From Catajapyx aquilonaris (lineage: Eukaryota): 34,570 nt of DNA. Every line of letters begins with the position of its first letter. The first letter of the stretch is position 1. This document shows, piece after piece, positions 12,371 through 24,031 of the stretch. The stretch covers positions 1 to 34,570 of the forward strand of contig JYFJ02004130.1 of assembly GCA_000934665.2 (NCBI GenBank), read 5' to 3'. Made by a program: the position numbers and the translations under genes. Under the pieces are notes generated by a model, which did not search any database, was not told the DNA's origin, and worked only from the letters and a program-made list of their open reading frames with translations.

Positions 12371-13509
12371 CCAGGTAGCTTCAAACAGCGTCTTTGCTCC
12401 TTTTAAAAAGCCTTGTGTATTGGCTCTCACGAGCTTTAGTGGCCTTCAGATGTTTTTCCTCCCTTTGTTATTGCAAAATCTTAAGGACACTGAGGAGCAA
12501 GATAAATCGTCCACTGTCTCAATCCTGTCAGCGGGATTTGCCACATAACAGATACCTTCGTGCGTCCACAGCTTATTGATCCTGCATTTTGTCGATGATC
12601 AACAATGTTGCACAACAATAATTATCTTGCCCATTACACGAATTGCACGAACTACCTGTCTTCCTGGCTGAATCCCCGCAAATGCACTTATCAAAATAGC
12701 AGGATCTCCCACAGCACCCTGGTACATACTCTTTTGTCCAAACACTTAACCCTGGACAATGAACACGTGGTGTACAATGTGACGTGTTCTGACCAAGTGC
12801 ATTCAGTAATAGAGGGCAATATATCATTTTCTTCATGTATAAAAGCGATGACTACAAGTGAGTTATTGCAAATCTGACAATCGACATTAATATGCAATAC
12901 TTACAGTACTTATTGCAGGTCCTAAAATCGATTGCAACAAAATTACGAGCAAGACCTATAAGCTTAGTTATATTAGGCCATTTCCTTCCATCTGCAGTGT
13001 CACGTCCATTGACCTTCTCCGATCCTCTGCGGACCTACTGTAAATAGCATGCAAAAAAAGTTCGTATTTGCCCACGTCAATTAACTGCATGGACCGTGTG
13101 CGAGCTTGAAACATAAATTATAGCCTTAGTTGCGTGGTACTTGTTGTCGCATGCAAGATAAGATGACCCCACCGCCAATATTTCATGGCTGGCCTATTGT
13201 AATTACAATGACGGGGGGCTTCAGTATAGTCTAGTAGAGACAGCTGCTACATTAGTAATGTGCTCTGGAACGTTTAGAGGTCATACGAGGGTCTCCACAT
13301 ATTGTATCCATTGATGTATACAGTTGCAGTTAATGTTTCGGGGAATAAAAGACAAACATGAACTGTGAATATTTCATATCTTTATTATCCCCAGGTTACT
13401 TTGGGTAGTAAATACTGTTTATTTATACTGGATTGTATATTCTAGATATACATACTACAGGCCACCTGGGAAATAATTTCGTCGATAGGTGATAATGTCT
13501 GCAGAAATT

Positions 13510-13743
13510 GAGGGTTGTCGTTTCAAAGCGAATTTGTCCGTTTATTTCGGAATGTTACGCGCTAATAAAATTAGTGCCCATAGTGAGAACTGTGCAGCCA
13601 AAATAATTTTCGTTACAGTATTCCCTGGAGCAATTTTTAAAGGTCAAAGCACATAATATTATATAGAGCAAAACAAACTGTACCCTTCCTTAAATTAAAA
13701 TATCCCACATTACGGGAACAAATTGCGTTCTGAAACGACACTC
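13510..13743. mobile_element. Degenerate MITE with GAG...CTC termini (Sola2-like)
   Basis: GAGGGTTGTCGTTTCAAAGCGAATTTGT versus ACAAATTGCGTTCTGAAACGACACTC. Flanks are AATT / ATTT. Confidence 0.5.
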
Positions 13744-14896
13744 ATTTTCGCATCACATGAATACACCACGAAAATCGTTAGCCCTACTTCAATTCATCAT
13801 TGTCATTCCATTGCTGTCAATTTATCGCGTCAGCATCGACCCATCGCAATATGGAATATATTATGATGCGAATATTAATTTTGACGTTATAACAGTCACA
13901 ATGAACTGAAGCAGCACTACTAAATGATGAGAACTGAGGGGGAAAAAATAGATATCAATCTGGTATCGTTGCCCAATAAGGACATCTACCATCTACCCTG
14001 ATTATACAGTACACCACCAGCAACCTGTCACTTTTGTAACAGTACCTCGAAGACGGTTAACGTTCTTGTCAATGCGGTATCGATGTAGGTCGCCGAAAAG
14101 AACTTCTGGGAACTCCCTGAAGAAAAATTACCTGTTGGCATTTGCTCGGCCAGCAAAGCCCCATAATGCAAGCCTAAAACGCCATCTGTGATCCCAGCAG
14201 CTCCATTACTTTGGAGCTGAAGTGGAAAAAGCGTAGTAAAAAATTGACCAGCACCGCATAGGCTCTGTATATTTTCGTTGTGACCTCTAAAATCGTTTAT
14301 CCTATCAACCTACATCACAAGCATTCATCGATTCTTTATTTCGTAATCAATTACTCTGCTAGACTTTTTGATTCACATTCAAATGAGGATTTTACGACCT
14401 GTTTCGTGTGTCATGAACGAACGTTATTTTAATTTGACCAATTGCAGACTTGACAAGGACAAGTCAGACTCACACGCAATGTGTGATTCAAATGGGTTAA
14501 AGTGCAACTTATTTAGAGTTCCAATTATTTTCTCTCTTATCCATATCTTGTTCTCATGACGAAACAAAAGGCACTTGTCACCATACAATTCACAGCCAGT
14601 CCACCTTATTCATACACACTACTAAAACCTCTCTGCTGGAGATACATTATACATATACAGCTACGTATAATACGTATTGTATGCATTATCGGGTGGAATA
14701 AAAAGTCAGTCCACATTCGTATCAGTGCAGTGTAGCAAACCATTCACTTCTCAGATGGGTGAATCGGGTGTGAGGTTGGCGAAGGTCATACTTGATCAGC
14801 CAATCAGTAGCATGCGAGCCCTGTCCGCACTCGAATAGTTAGTTGATAAGAAAGCGGTCCACCGATTTCCATCGATAAGAATGCAAGCTGACATTT

Positions 14897-15146
14897 GAGG
14901 GGTGTGGTGGAAAAACATGATAACTGACATAGGTGTAGTTTTTCAGGAGAGCGAATTGAAGTTTGCATTTTCTTAACAAATCATACAGAATTCTGGTTTT
15001 GATCTAGTCCGTGTGGCCGTCTCGTGCATGATACGTGAACTTGGAGTATACCAAACTGTTTGTCATGTCTTATACATAGTTGCTAGGTGTTGCTAGGTAA
15101 AAAATGACAAAAATGTCAGTTATCATGTTTTTCCACCACACCCCTC
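14897..15146. mobile_element. Sola2-type MITE (250 bp)
   Basis: Perfect 34-bp TIRs GAGGGGTGTGGTGGAAAAACATGATAACTGACAT. A 4-bp TSD ATTT lies at 14893-14896 and 15147-15150. GRG termini with a 4-bp TSD are typical of Sola2. Confidence 0.85.
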
Positions 15147-16613
15147 ATTTGTTCCACCCGAGATTAAGGCGTCTATTACGGACGGACTCGTCCATAGTCA
15201 ATATCACAATGACTGCATGGATAGGTTTTCTTATTTAAATGTGCAACAATAATTTTTAGGCAGCACCTACAGAAATGTGTGGTACTCCATTTCGCCTTAA
15301 AATTCGAGTGATCATTTAGACTTAAGTGTAACGTTTTCCCTTCTGTGAGACCTCGTCTGGAAGAATGAAGTTTTCTTCACTTATTTTTGCATAACCACAA
15401 ATGCTTACTTCCCAACCAAGTTTCTTTTTTGGAAAAAAAAGGTGTAGATACGTCAAATATTTAGTGATGGCTACAATTTTCTCACGCCATTATTTCATAT
15501 GTACTAACAGTTATGGTAGTACTTGTGTTACAGCTGCCTTTTAATTCACGAAACTTCTGCTTACATAATATGATACATAAAATGGTGCGACGAAGGAATA
15601 ACAAGTGCACAGTTCTCAGTCTACGAACTTTCTTGGCTCTGTGGTTTGATATGCGTTTCTTTCTCAAACAGACTTGTCTGGGAGAGAAAATGTTTTGCTG
15701 TGGTCAAAAAAGTTTGACAACTTTAGAGAAACAAAAAGAAGTTTGAGAAGGCCAGATCATCAATTGATTTTTTCAATCGAGGATTTGCATGTCATCTCAG
15801 GGTCATGTCACGTTCAAAACAAGGTATAATAACGCGAAATTGCTGGCAATGGAATCGCCCTCCCCCCAGACATGCTAGTCGCTGTTAAATTGCGCGGTCA
15901 CACCACTTTCTAAAAACAGCTAATATTACCTACAATATAGGATTCATGCTTGTTGCGACATTGTGCAGTTGCATGATTCAGTAAGCCCCCCCCCCCCCCA
16001 CCCCATTGCTTCGTCCTTTATGAACTCTCAGAGAAGTAGAAACTAGGAAATACAGCTTGTTGAGATACGCCATATAATCATCCTGCCATATGCTACGTGT
16101 AGTCTCGGGCAGGAGGAAAAGGCGTCACAACACATCCTCCACACACTAAACACTTATATTGGGTCGCAGTTGAGGTGCTGCTTCTGGAAGCATCTCGACG
16201 ACTCCAGTCCTGCCAAAAGAAAGAGTGCACACATAGTCATCTCCTGTCGTTAAAATATTTGCAATCTTTATTATTACAATATTGTTTGTTTGTTTGTCCT
16301 GGTTTGGTTACCATGCTCAAATAACTATTTAAAAACACAGTACTCCTATTTTGAGTCAGTGCCCTTGAATCAGGGGCGACATCCGCATTGGGTACTGCAG
16401 TAAACCCTCAGAGCCCCACCTCATATAAAATTACGTAATATCAATTCACCTTATCATTTGTTGAAATTTTTAGATGAATGGCCCCTATGGTCGTAAAAAG
16501 TACTCATAAAAATTTCTTAGCTCTGCATAAAACAATCGCGTGTCCAAAAGTAGGCACGGATATATGTTCAACCACAAGTTTGGATACTCACAGAGTCAAT
16601 ATGGTTCCACACT

Positions 16614-19519
16614 CTAATCAGCGGGAGGGGCATCATCGGCATTCCCTTCCCCATCAATTGGAGCTGCTTCTTCTCCGTCACCTTCCGGAGGTGCACCTTC
16701 TTTCTCTTCTTCTTCTTCAGCAGGTGCTTCTTCCTCCTCAGCCGGAGCCTCCTCCGACTCTTCCTCAGCAGGGGCTTCCTCTTCAGCGGGAGCTTCTTCT
16801 TCATCTGGGGCTTCTTCGTCTGCTGGTGCTTCTTCTTCAGCTGGAGCTTCCTCCTCCTCTGCAGCAGCGTCTTCGCCTTCAGGTGCTTCTTCCTCAGGTG
16901 CCTCTTCCCCTTCCTCGGGTGCAGCTTCTTCTTCTGGTGCCGCTTCCTCCTCCTCGGGTGCAGCCTCTTCTTCAGCAGGTGCTTCCTCTTCCTCAGCACC
17001 TCCTTCCTCAGGCGCTTCTTCAGATTCCTCTGCAGGAGCTTCTTCTGCAGGAGTCTCTTCCGTCTCCTGCTCTTCCTCTTCCTCGGGAGGAGGAGGTGCT
17101 GATGGAAGGTGATCTTTTGGTGCCATGTTTCCGTTTCCCTCTTCTTCTGCTAGAAAAGAATGCATAGAAGGCCTGTAGCTTCCTGCTGGCTACCTACCGT
17201 CAGTCGTGACCAGGCACTAATGAGGTCTTTGCGGTATGCGGCAGAACCTACGGAGGACACCACAGCAGTGCGCAGACGTTGCCAAAGAAACACGAGGCGA
17301 TATCCAATCAGAAAAATGTATTGTCGTTTTATGGTTGTCACTGGCTTGTTGGCCCATCGATTACCTATTAAACTACTGCACAATATCGCTGCAGTATACA
17401 GTGCCGGTAGGCGTTACTTGAAATGCAATGAAAGTCGTTCGCATGCGGGTTGGAACCAAAGAAGATCGGACATGCACTAGGAACTGTCTCGTCATGGTAT
17501 ATTGCACTAGTATATAGCATTTCCTGGAAATTCCCTTAATGGCCATTACTGCAGAAACTATTGAGTCATGATGTTCCACGATTCTGCATTATAGTAACCA
17601 TGGATGAGCAAATAAAGTACATGATTAAGCAACCAGGAAGCCTGTTTCTCAATTCAGGTCATTTCTTTGAAACAACGGAGTTGTTGGGTGATGCCTGTCA
17701 GTGATATTTTTTTTTAAAAAAAAAACTTGTAGCGTGCAAGAGAAGCAAACATAAAAAGAAGTATAATCTATCGCGCAAGTTTGATGAAATAGAGGGCAAT
17801 AATAGTGGGTCATGGAACTCAATCGCGCACGACATTTATTTCAAGCATTTCTCCAAGAAATATGCAAAGAGATGCCAAATTATGATGTGTACGGTACACA
17901 GCGCCAGTGCACGGGACTTGTAAACACGAATCTAAGCAGCCTAGGTAAGGATCATGACACGTGATGGACACGAATCCTATTAATAGTGCATAGCTGGCGC
18001 GCGACAGGTAGAGTTCGTGACCCCTTATATTCCGGAGCTCCCTAGATGGTTTGCTAGGCCGATCGATTTCAATGGTCATCGCCCACAAGCTTCTACGTAT
18101 ACAACAGCAATGACAACAACATTTAGGTAGTTTTGTGTCACTAAGGTATTTTCTACGCACGCAATGTGGTCAAAGTGGCATCATTTTGGCGATAGTTATG
18201 GTGGAATTGGCCCGTTCGCATATTTTTTGAAATACAGTAATGTTTTACGGAGTATTGGACACCTGTACTAACAGCTGCTCTTTTCCACGCCCTTAGAAAG
18301 AGTCCATAAGGCGCAATAGGGTATTGAAAAATTAGCAACCTGTACTATGTGGGCTGGTCTGACTACTCGCTCGGTTGGAAATGAGTGTGTCATAAATAAT
18401 GCGAGGGACTCTGGCTGACCATCACACGCAGAGTCCAGTCAATAGCGGAGGCTTATTTGGGCACTTATCGATAGTTCATACAGGGTGGAGCAAAAGCACA
18501 GAAGGCTGGTTCTCTAGCATACACACTCGATATGTTTCTTGCACACAAGTGTTTGCTGACATCTGCATTTTAGAGCAACTCAGATGCATTTGTGTCAAAT
18601 TTTTAACAAACTTGCAATGTTGTGTTAAACTACTCATTAATTGAGTAGGATATGAATAAATTTGACTCTACAATACGGTATTGACCAATTCCACTGAAAA
18701 CACGTGAAATGCTTTATAAAGTGACACATTGCTAATGCACCACCCTGTATACCCCACTGTCGTCATGGCGCACAAGCCTTTTTCCCGGAGGCCCACGTAA
18801 TACCTTCTCACTGTTCTCGGAAAGGCCTTAGTTACTTCCACGTCTCTAGCGTGACAACGTGTAAGTTTCACGACATGTCGCCTGTGGGTCCATTTCACCC
18901 GTATCCTGAATCTAAGGTGTCGTAACATTTATCAAATCGGTTCAGGGCTACTTGAATCATTACTACAATGCATTGGTGTCACACTTTCTTGGAATCATAT
19001 ATGGCCCACAATAGTATGTCAAATGGGTGAATAACCAAAATTGCTAGTTTCGAGATGATGATAGTTTATATTATGCATGCTCAATGAGCTTTAGATAGGC
19101 TTTGACGTCGATACAAGAAAGATATTTCCTACCAGCTCAGTGCGTCATTGATCCTTTCAAGGAAACCCATATACGATCAAACTGATATATCCCTGGCCTG
19201 GATGTTGATTTTTTTTTTTTTTTTTGGGGGGGGGGGGGCTACACTGTGATGAATCCGCACCTGAATTTGGCTGCTCCTCCGGAAAGGCCTGAAGTTTGGC
19301 GTTGGGGGCGATAATATTGGCAAAGTGCTGATGGTTATCCGGAAAAGGATTCCCGTACAGTTCGTCCGGTCCAGGTACCCTCTCCTGTTGAAGCAATCTT
19401 CTCTTACTCCTAGGACTTAAACTTTGACGAAGATGCTGCTGAGGACCAGCCTGTCCTCTTGTCCCCTCCGATAAAGAACCGTTGAGGTGCAATGCAGGAG
19501 CACTGCTCGCACAGCCCAT
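16614..19519 (-). CDS. Uncharacterised, probably lipid-anchored acidic disordered protein (MGCASS leader plus Glu/Ala/Pro-rich repeat tail), ~264 aa
   Basis: Exon 1 is 19519-19261 (MGCASSAPALH..RQSLSPRSKRRLLQ..QPNS; donor G|GTGCGG, phase 1). It joins exon 2 at 17149-16614 (acceptor TTCTTTTCTAG|, phase 1; AEEEGNG..(EEEAPA)n..DAPPAD*). The repeat units differ at synonymous positions, consistent with coding. Additional internal exons cannot be excluded. Confidence 0.7.
18481..18747. mobile_element. Degenerate Tc1/mariner-type MITE in an intron
   Basis: TA|CAGGGTGG ... CCACCCTG|TA, with partial further complementarity. Confidence 0.45.
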
Positions 19520-20417
19520 CGCTCGGCAGGCCAAAACCCTGCCTGCCTGCCCCAACCGACCGACGTCGACACGCACTCCACTATAACTAGTGCATGCTAC
19601 CCATACCCCTGTTATACCCGGCCGGCCGGCCATCGATCTCGAGTCTCGCTCTTCGGTGTTTCTCCTCCGCGCCTCAAAGGGCATAGTTGGGACAAATATG
19701 CATCAGTTTTCTCGCAAGGAGTGATTATGATCATTGGTCAAGTTGGTGGGGGAATTACTTGATGGACCATCTGGTGCTGGAAGAACTTGTCTTAACCAGT
19801 GAGAGTGTGTCGAGATGGTGATAGATTTTTCGTAGTTTATTGAATGTAAAGCCAAACGTTTAATTTCTTTTCCCGCTTAGCAGGTATTTTATATCACCGT
19901 GTATTGTTGTAAAATTTAGAAATGTCATTTATAATCATTCTCGAATTTTGTGCAATAATGCCAATCATGTGTTGATTTCCTGAGTTGCAAATGTTCATGT
20001 CTGCAAATTGATATTATTGAATGTGACATAATGAACGTGTACAAAACAAATGCAATACACTGGATTTGATTATGATAAGACACCACCGTAGATCAAAAAA
20101 TATGTCATAAAGTTTATTGATTAAATATTTCAGAAAAATCTTCGAGGATGATTGGTTAAGGACGGAATCATGTTTCTTTCATATTAAATTTTATCATTAC
20201 AGTAGAGCGGGGCAGGTAACGGTGATTTAGGATATATGTGAAATAATTTTTTCACTTGCTCAAAAAAAGTTTTTTGTATGAGTGCCGTATAGAATGTCAA
20301 CATTTTGTGAAGCACTTATCCGCGGTCGTTATTCATGCTGCAAGTATACTCTAACTATAGCTATTAATAGCAATCCGGCCGGATTTGTTTTCCAGAGTTC
20401 GGTACTCCCCACCCTTA

Positions 20418-20548
20418 TGGCCGGTTTCACCAAGCCCGGTTTTCATTTAAAAAAACCCAGTTCTTTCGGAAAATCCCTGCAAATAGAATATAGATTTTCC
20501 GAAAGAATCGGGGTTTTTATGAAAACCGGGCTTGGTGAAACCGGGCCA
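20418..20548. mobile_element. Small palindromic Harbinger-like MITE
   Basis: TGGCCGGTTTCACCAAGCCCGGTTTTCAT / ATGAAAACCGGGCTTGGTGAAACCGGGCCA. Confidence 0.75.
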
Positions 20549-22269
20549 TTGATGTAGATTTCAGTACCGCCTCTTCAAAATGTCTATGCTCTCTGGGTGG
20601 AATTATTCTCATGGTTGATAAGGGCCTTCTGGAGGATATAATATTATTTACTGTCATCTGCAGGGATAGTTAGTTTATAAAGTGATGCTATCATCTGTAT
20701 ATATAATCAGGTAAATATCAGATACTCGTAGTCTGGTACCAATAAAACACTGTATGTTGGATAACCTTGAATCAACTTGAATACTATTGTGACTATACCT
20801 GAGTGGGAGGCCTATTTCTCCATGCGTCTAGGCTCTAGGCCTTTGTTACCTCGGCTTCTCCAATAAATGAACACCCAATTCATTAGAAAATCAGACAGCC
20901 TCAGTGAGTTTTATTCCGTGAACGTGCATCATTAAAGTTACCACAACACGTTTAACCATTCAACAGTATAGGTCTTAAACGGTTTTGATTTGCTTATTGG
21001 TTCGGGCCTGACTCAATGTACTTGTAGATATGACTCATTTATCTTCATGACCGTCGTTATGTACAGGCGGCACTTTGAATGTCATAAGCTGATTGGTAAT
21101 GATAACGAAACAAAGTATCTTGGAATAATTTTTTTTTTATCGGGCTGCCACAAGTTTTAGTGCTGCAAATTGCTCGCATAAGAATGCCAGATCAATTAAA
21201 ACTCATGTCAGCGGTTTCGTTCTACAGATTTTGATGTTACTTTTTTGTCTGACATTATATTACGGCAATTTAGTTTTAGCTGTCAGGGGAATACACAACG
21301 GTATCAGGGGCTAAAATAATGTATAACAACGTTAACTTCAACAAAAGTTTCTTGGTTCAACTGGAATAATTTCGTGGAAATAATTTGTTACCCTCCCTCC
21401 CCACAGTTTGTTAACTCCTGTCGTTATAGTGACCGAACAATGCAGATATTCGACAATAATATTACGATTGTCATGTTGGTGCTTGGTGGATCAAAATGTG
21501 CATGCCTCCACACGTCCATACCAGCATCCATACCAGTCCATACCAGGACGTGTGGTGGTTAAATTTCAAAGTGGGGGGGGATATTATTTTCTGGGGTCAC
21601 CAACGAAAAAGACTGGGAAGCACTGCCATAGATGAATGTACAAAGAGCGGAGCAATTCCTGTTTGCAGAATTTCATTTGACACTTGTTAGAGCTACGTAC
21701 TGTACCGGAAACACTATTGTGATGGAAAGTGAGAGACTTTATGGTAGTCATACAAAAAGAAACAAAAGGAAATATTACAAACTTTTCCATAATGAAAATG
21801 CACTTCATGAACATAAATTACTTGTGCTGAAATAAAATCAACTTTGACAAGTTCTTCCTTATGCGGTTTGGCTGTAACAGCAATGTTTGCTTTTTAGCAA
21901 TGTTGTGCTGACAAACCTTTGCATACACTTCTTATATAACTTTGACCAACCGATGTACATGATTGTTTTCAGGTGGGCTATCAAACATAATTATGACGGT
22001 ACAATTCAGGAAAAGCATTTTTCCTGCATGTATCATTCAAAACAGCAGTAGGCTACATATTGCAGGTACTATTCCCGACATATGCACAGCAAGTTGGCAT
22101 TGTTGTGTGAGCAAGAGTAGGTTAATAATATACGTATATTATCATTATCGCACTTGCTCAGACTAAGCACGGTACCATGGCGGACAATCAATGCCAGGTT
22201 CTGGCCAATCCCTAATTCCTCCCACCAGCCACCAGATGGTGCAGCCCAGGTGCAGCCAGCTATCGTAAT

Positions 22270-22686
22270 ATTTTATTATTATTATTATTTTTAGATATAC
22301 CCCGTGCTAGAGCCATGGGCTCTCTTAGGGGAGTGGAATACCACTATATGTGCAGGGACCGGGTGGGGATAGGAGGGGGGGACACTGGTGCATGTGCAAT
22401 GTCATCAAGTTGGGGGTCGTGTGCAGTCCCTCAGGGGGCCCGTTCGCCAAGATGACTCCCTAGATGCGAGTTAGAAACCCCCGACTAACCCGCACCTCCT
22501 CCAGGACAGGGAAAGGAAGGAAGCGGCTGTGGCCTATTTTACGGTACGATCCCGGAAATTATTCCTGGGCCGACCTTGGAAAACCACAGAAAACCAAGGT
22601 CAGGACCGCCGGCCTCCGGGACTCGAACCCAGGACCTCCCGATTAGCAGTCGGATACCAAATCCCCTCCGCCACTACTGCTTCGGT
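22270..22686 (-). mobile_element. tRNA-derived SINE, second family
   Basis: TSD CAGCTATCGTAAT at 22257-22269 and 22687-22699. On the minus strand: A box TGGCGGAGGGG, B box GGTTCGAGTCC and core GGTTTTCTGTGGTTTTCC..CCGGGATCGTACC..AGGCCACAGCCGCTTCC, which resembles the locust Lm1-type body as remembered. (TAA)n tail. Confidence 0.85.
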
Positions 22687-22863
22687 CAGCTATCGTAATT
22701 AATTCTTATTTAACAATTTGAAAACACTTTCTGTTGCCTGGAAGAGGCCTGGAAGAGTGTGGGGAAAAAGGACTATGAAATAGTGCATTAGGATTCATTA
22801 CATTTAGATTGCCGCGTAAGATATTAGTTACTTCACTCTTACTTGAGCTGATTGAAATAACAT

Positions 22864-23128
22864 GAAGGGGAGACAATGCAAAGGTCCTAAATGCCAAACC
22901 CCTGATTTTGAGTTATGCATGTTTCTTTCTCCTCAACAAAACAAAACAACATAGGCAAACTCCCCATCTACTGGCCAAATGCAGAACCTTAATGATTTTT
23001 CTGGCACTTGGGACTTCTACCCAACATTGGTGATGGTGATGGCCAGGTGATGGCACTAGGATACCTTGACACTCATAACTCAAATGAGGATTTTTTGGCA
23101 CTTAGGACCTTTGCATTGTCTCCCCTTC
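22864..23128. mobile_element. MITE with ~33-bp TIRs
   Basis: GAAGGGGAGACAATGCAAAGGTCCTAAATGCCAAA / TTTGGCACTTAGGACCTTTGCATTGTCTCCCCTTC. Confidence 0.8.
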
Positions 23129-24031
23129 TACTGTTACATGAAAAATCGCGGGTGACATGAATATATCATTGGTGGCATCAGATTTAGAAGTATATTTTCC
23201 AGATAGGGACTCATAAACTGAGACATAAAGCACTTTTTGGATGTAAGTTACTCACAAGAAAACATTACATTTGTAGTGCTTGTGTTGAAAGGGCGTAGGG
23301 TTGTGAACTTGTGATTATAGTATGATCATTCCTCTACGCAATCGCACACTATAATCTCAAGAGTGGCAAGTCACCAAAAGTTTTTGGAAGCAGTAAATGA
23401 ATTTTTAACATTTCTGACAATGCATGTGCCAGTAGGCAATAGATTGACACCTCTCTAGCAGTGACTCATAGCTAATAATTTTTTAACTGATAAAGGTTAA
23501 TCAGATGTGACAAAAAATATATATTTAAAAATATCATCCACCAAGAGGAAATGAAAGTTCGGCAATTGGCATATTCCTGCTGTGCAGGATTCCCTACCAA
23601 CACGTTTTACTGTATAAATATATACGTACACACATGATGAGTACAAAGGTGACAATTATCGTACCAGTACCGGAAATGTGAATAATGGTTTCAGGTAGTG
23701 ATGCCTTGATAATTCAAGTTTTATTGAGAAACATGAAGAAAGAAATAGTCATTTTCATTATAAAGGCAGGTCTGATTAGTTCACTGAAAAATAAACCTTG
23801 ATACCGGTAGTGTACTTGAAAGTCCCATCCTACAAAAAAACATAAAAAATCCATCTGACCTAATTAAACTGGCTATGTAACACATTCCTCACTTTTTTTA
23901 AAAAATCACCAGCTAGCCCATGAAAACAATATTTCAAGATCATAATAGAAAACGTCACCCAAAGTGTTTGGAAACTGTAATATATTATGCAAAAAAAAAA
24001 AAAATCAAAGCACAAGTCTTGCTGTTTCATA

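Noticed and set aside
12573..12836. Cys-rich 87-aa ORF upstream of the IR (possible toxin or defensin-like peptide)
   Set aside because: It has no signal peptide and no recognisable Cys spacing. It ends across a likely splice acceptor of an IR 5'-UTR exon, so it is probably intronic chance.
16478..17167. Leu/Pro/Gln-rich (+) and Lys/Arg-rich (-) ORFs
   Set aside because: These are antisense and alternate-frame shadows of the acidic repeat exon. Only the Glu-rich frame fits the splice phase.
17194..17247. Possible micro-exon GSAAYRKDLISAWSRLTV in the acidic-protein gene
   Set aside because: It would require a ~44-nt intron with a weak donor, which cannot be supported without reads.
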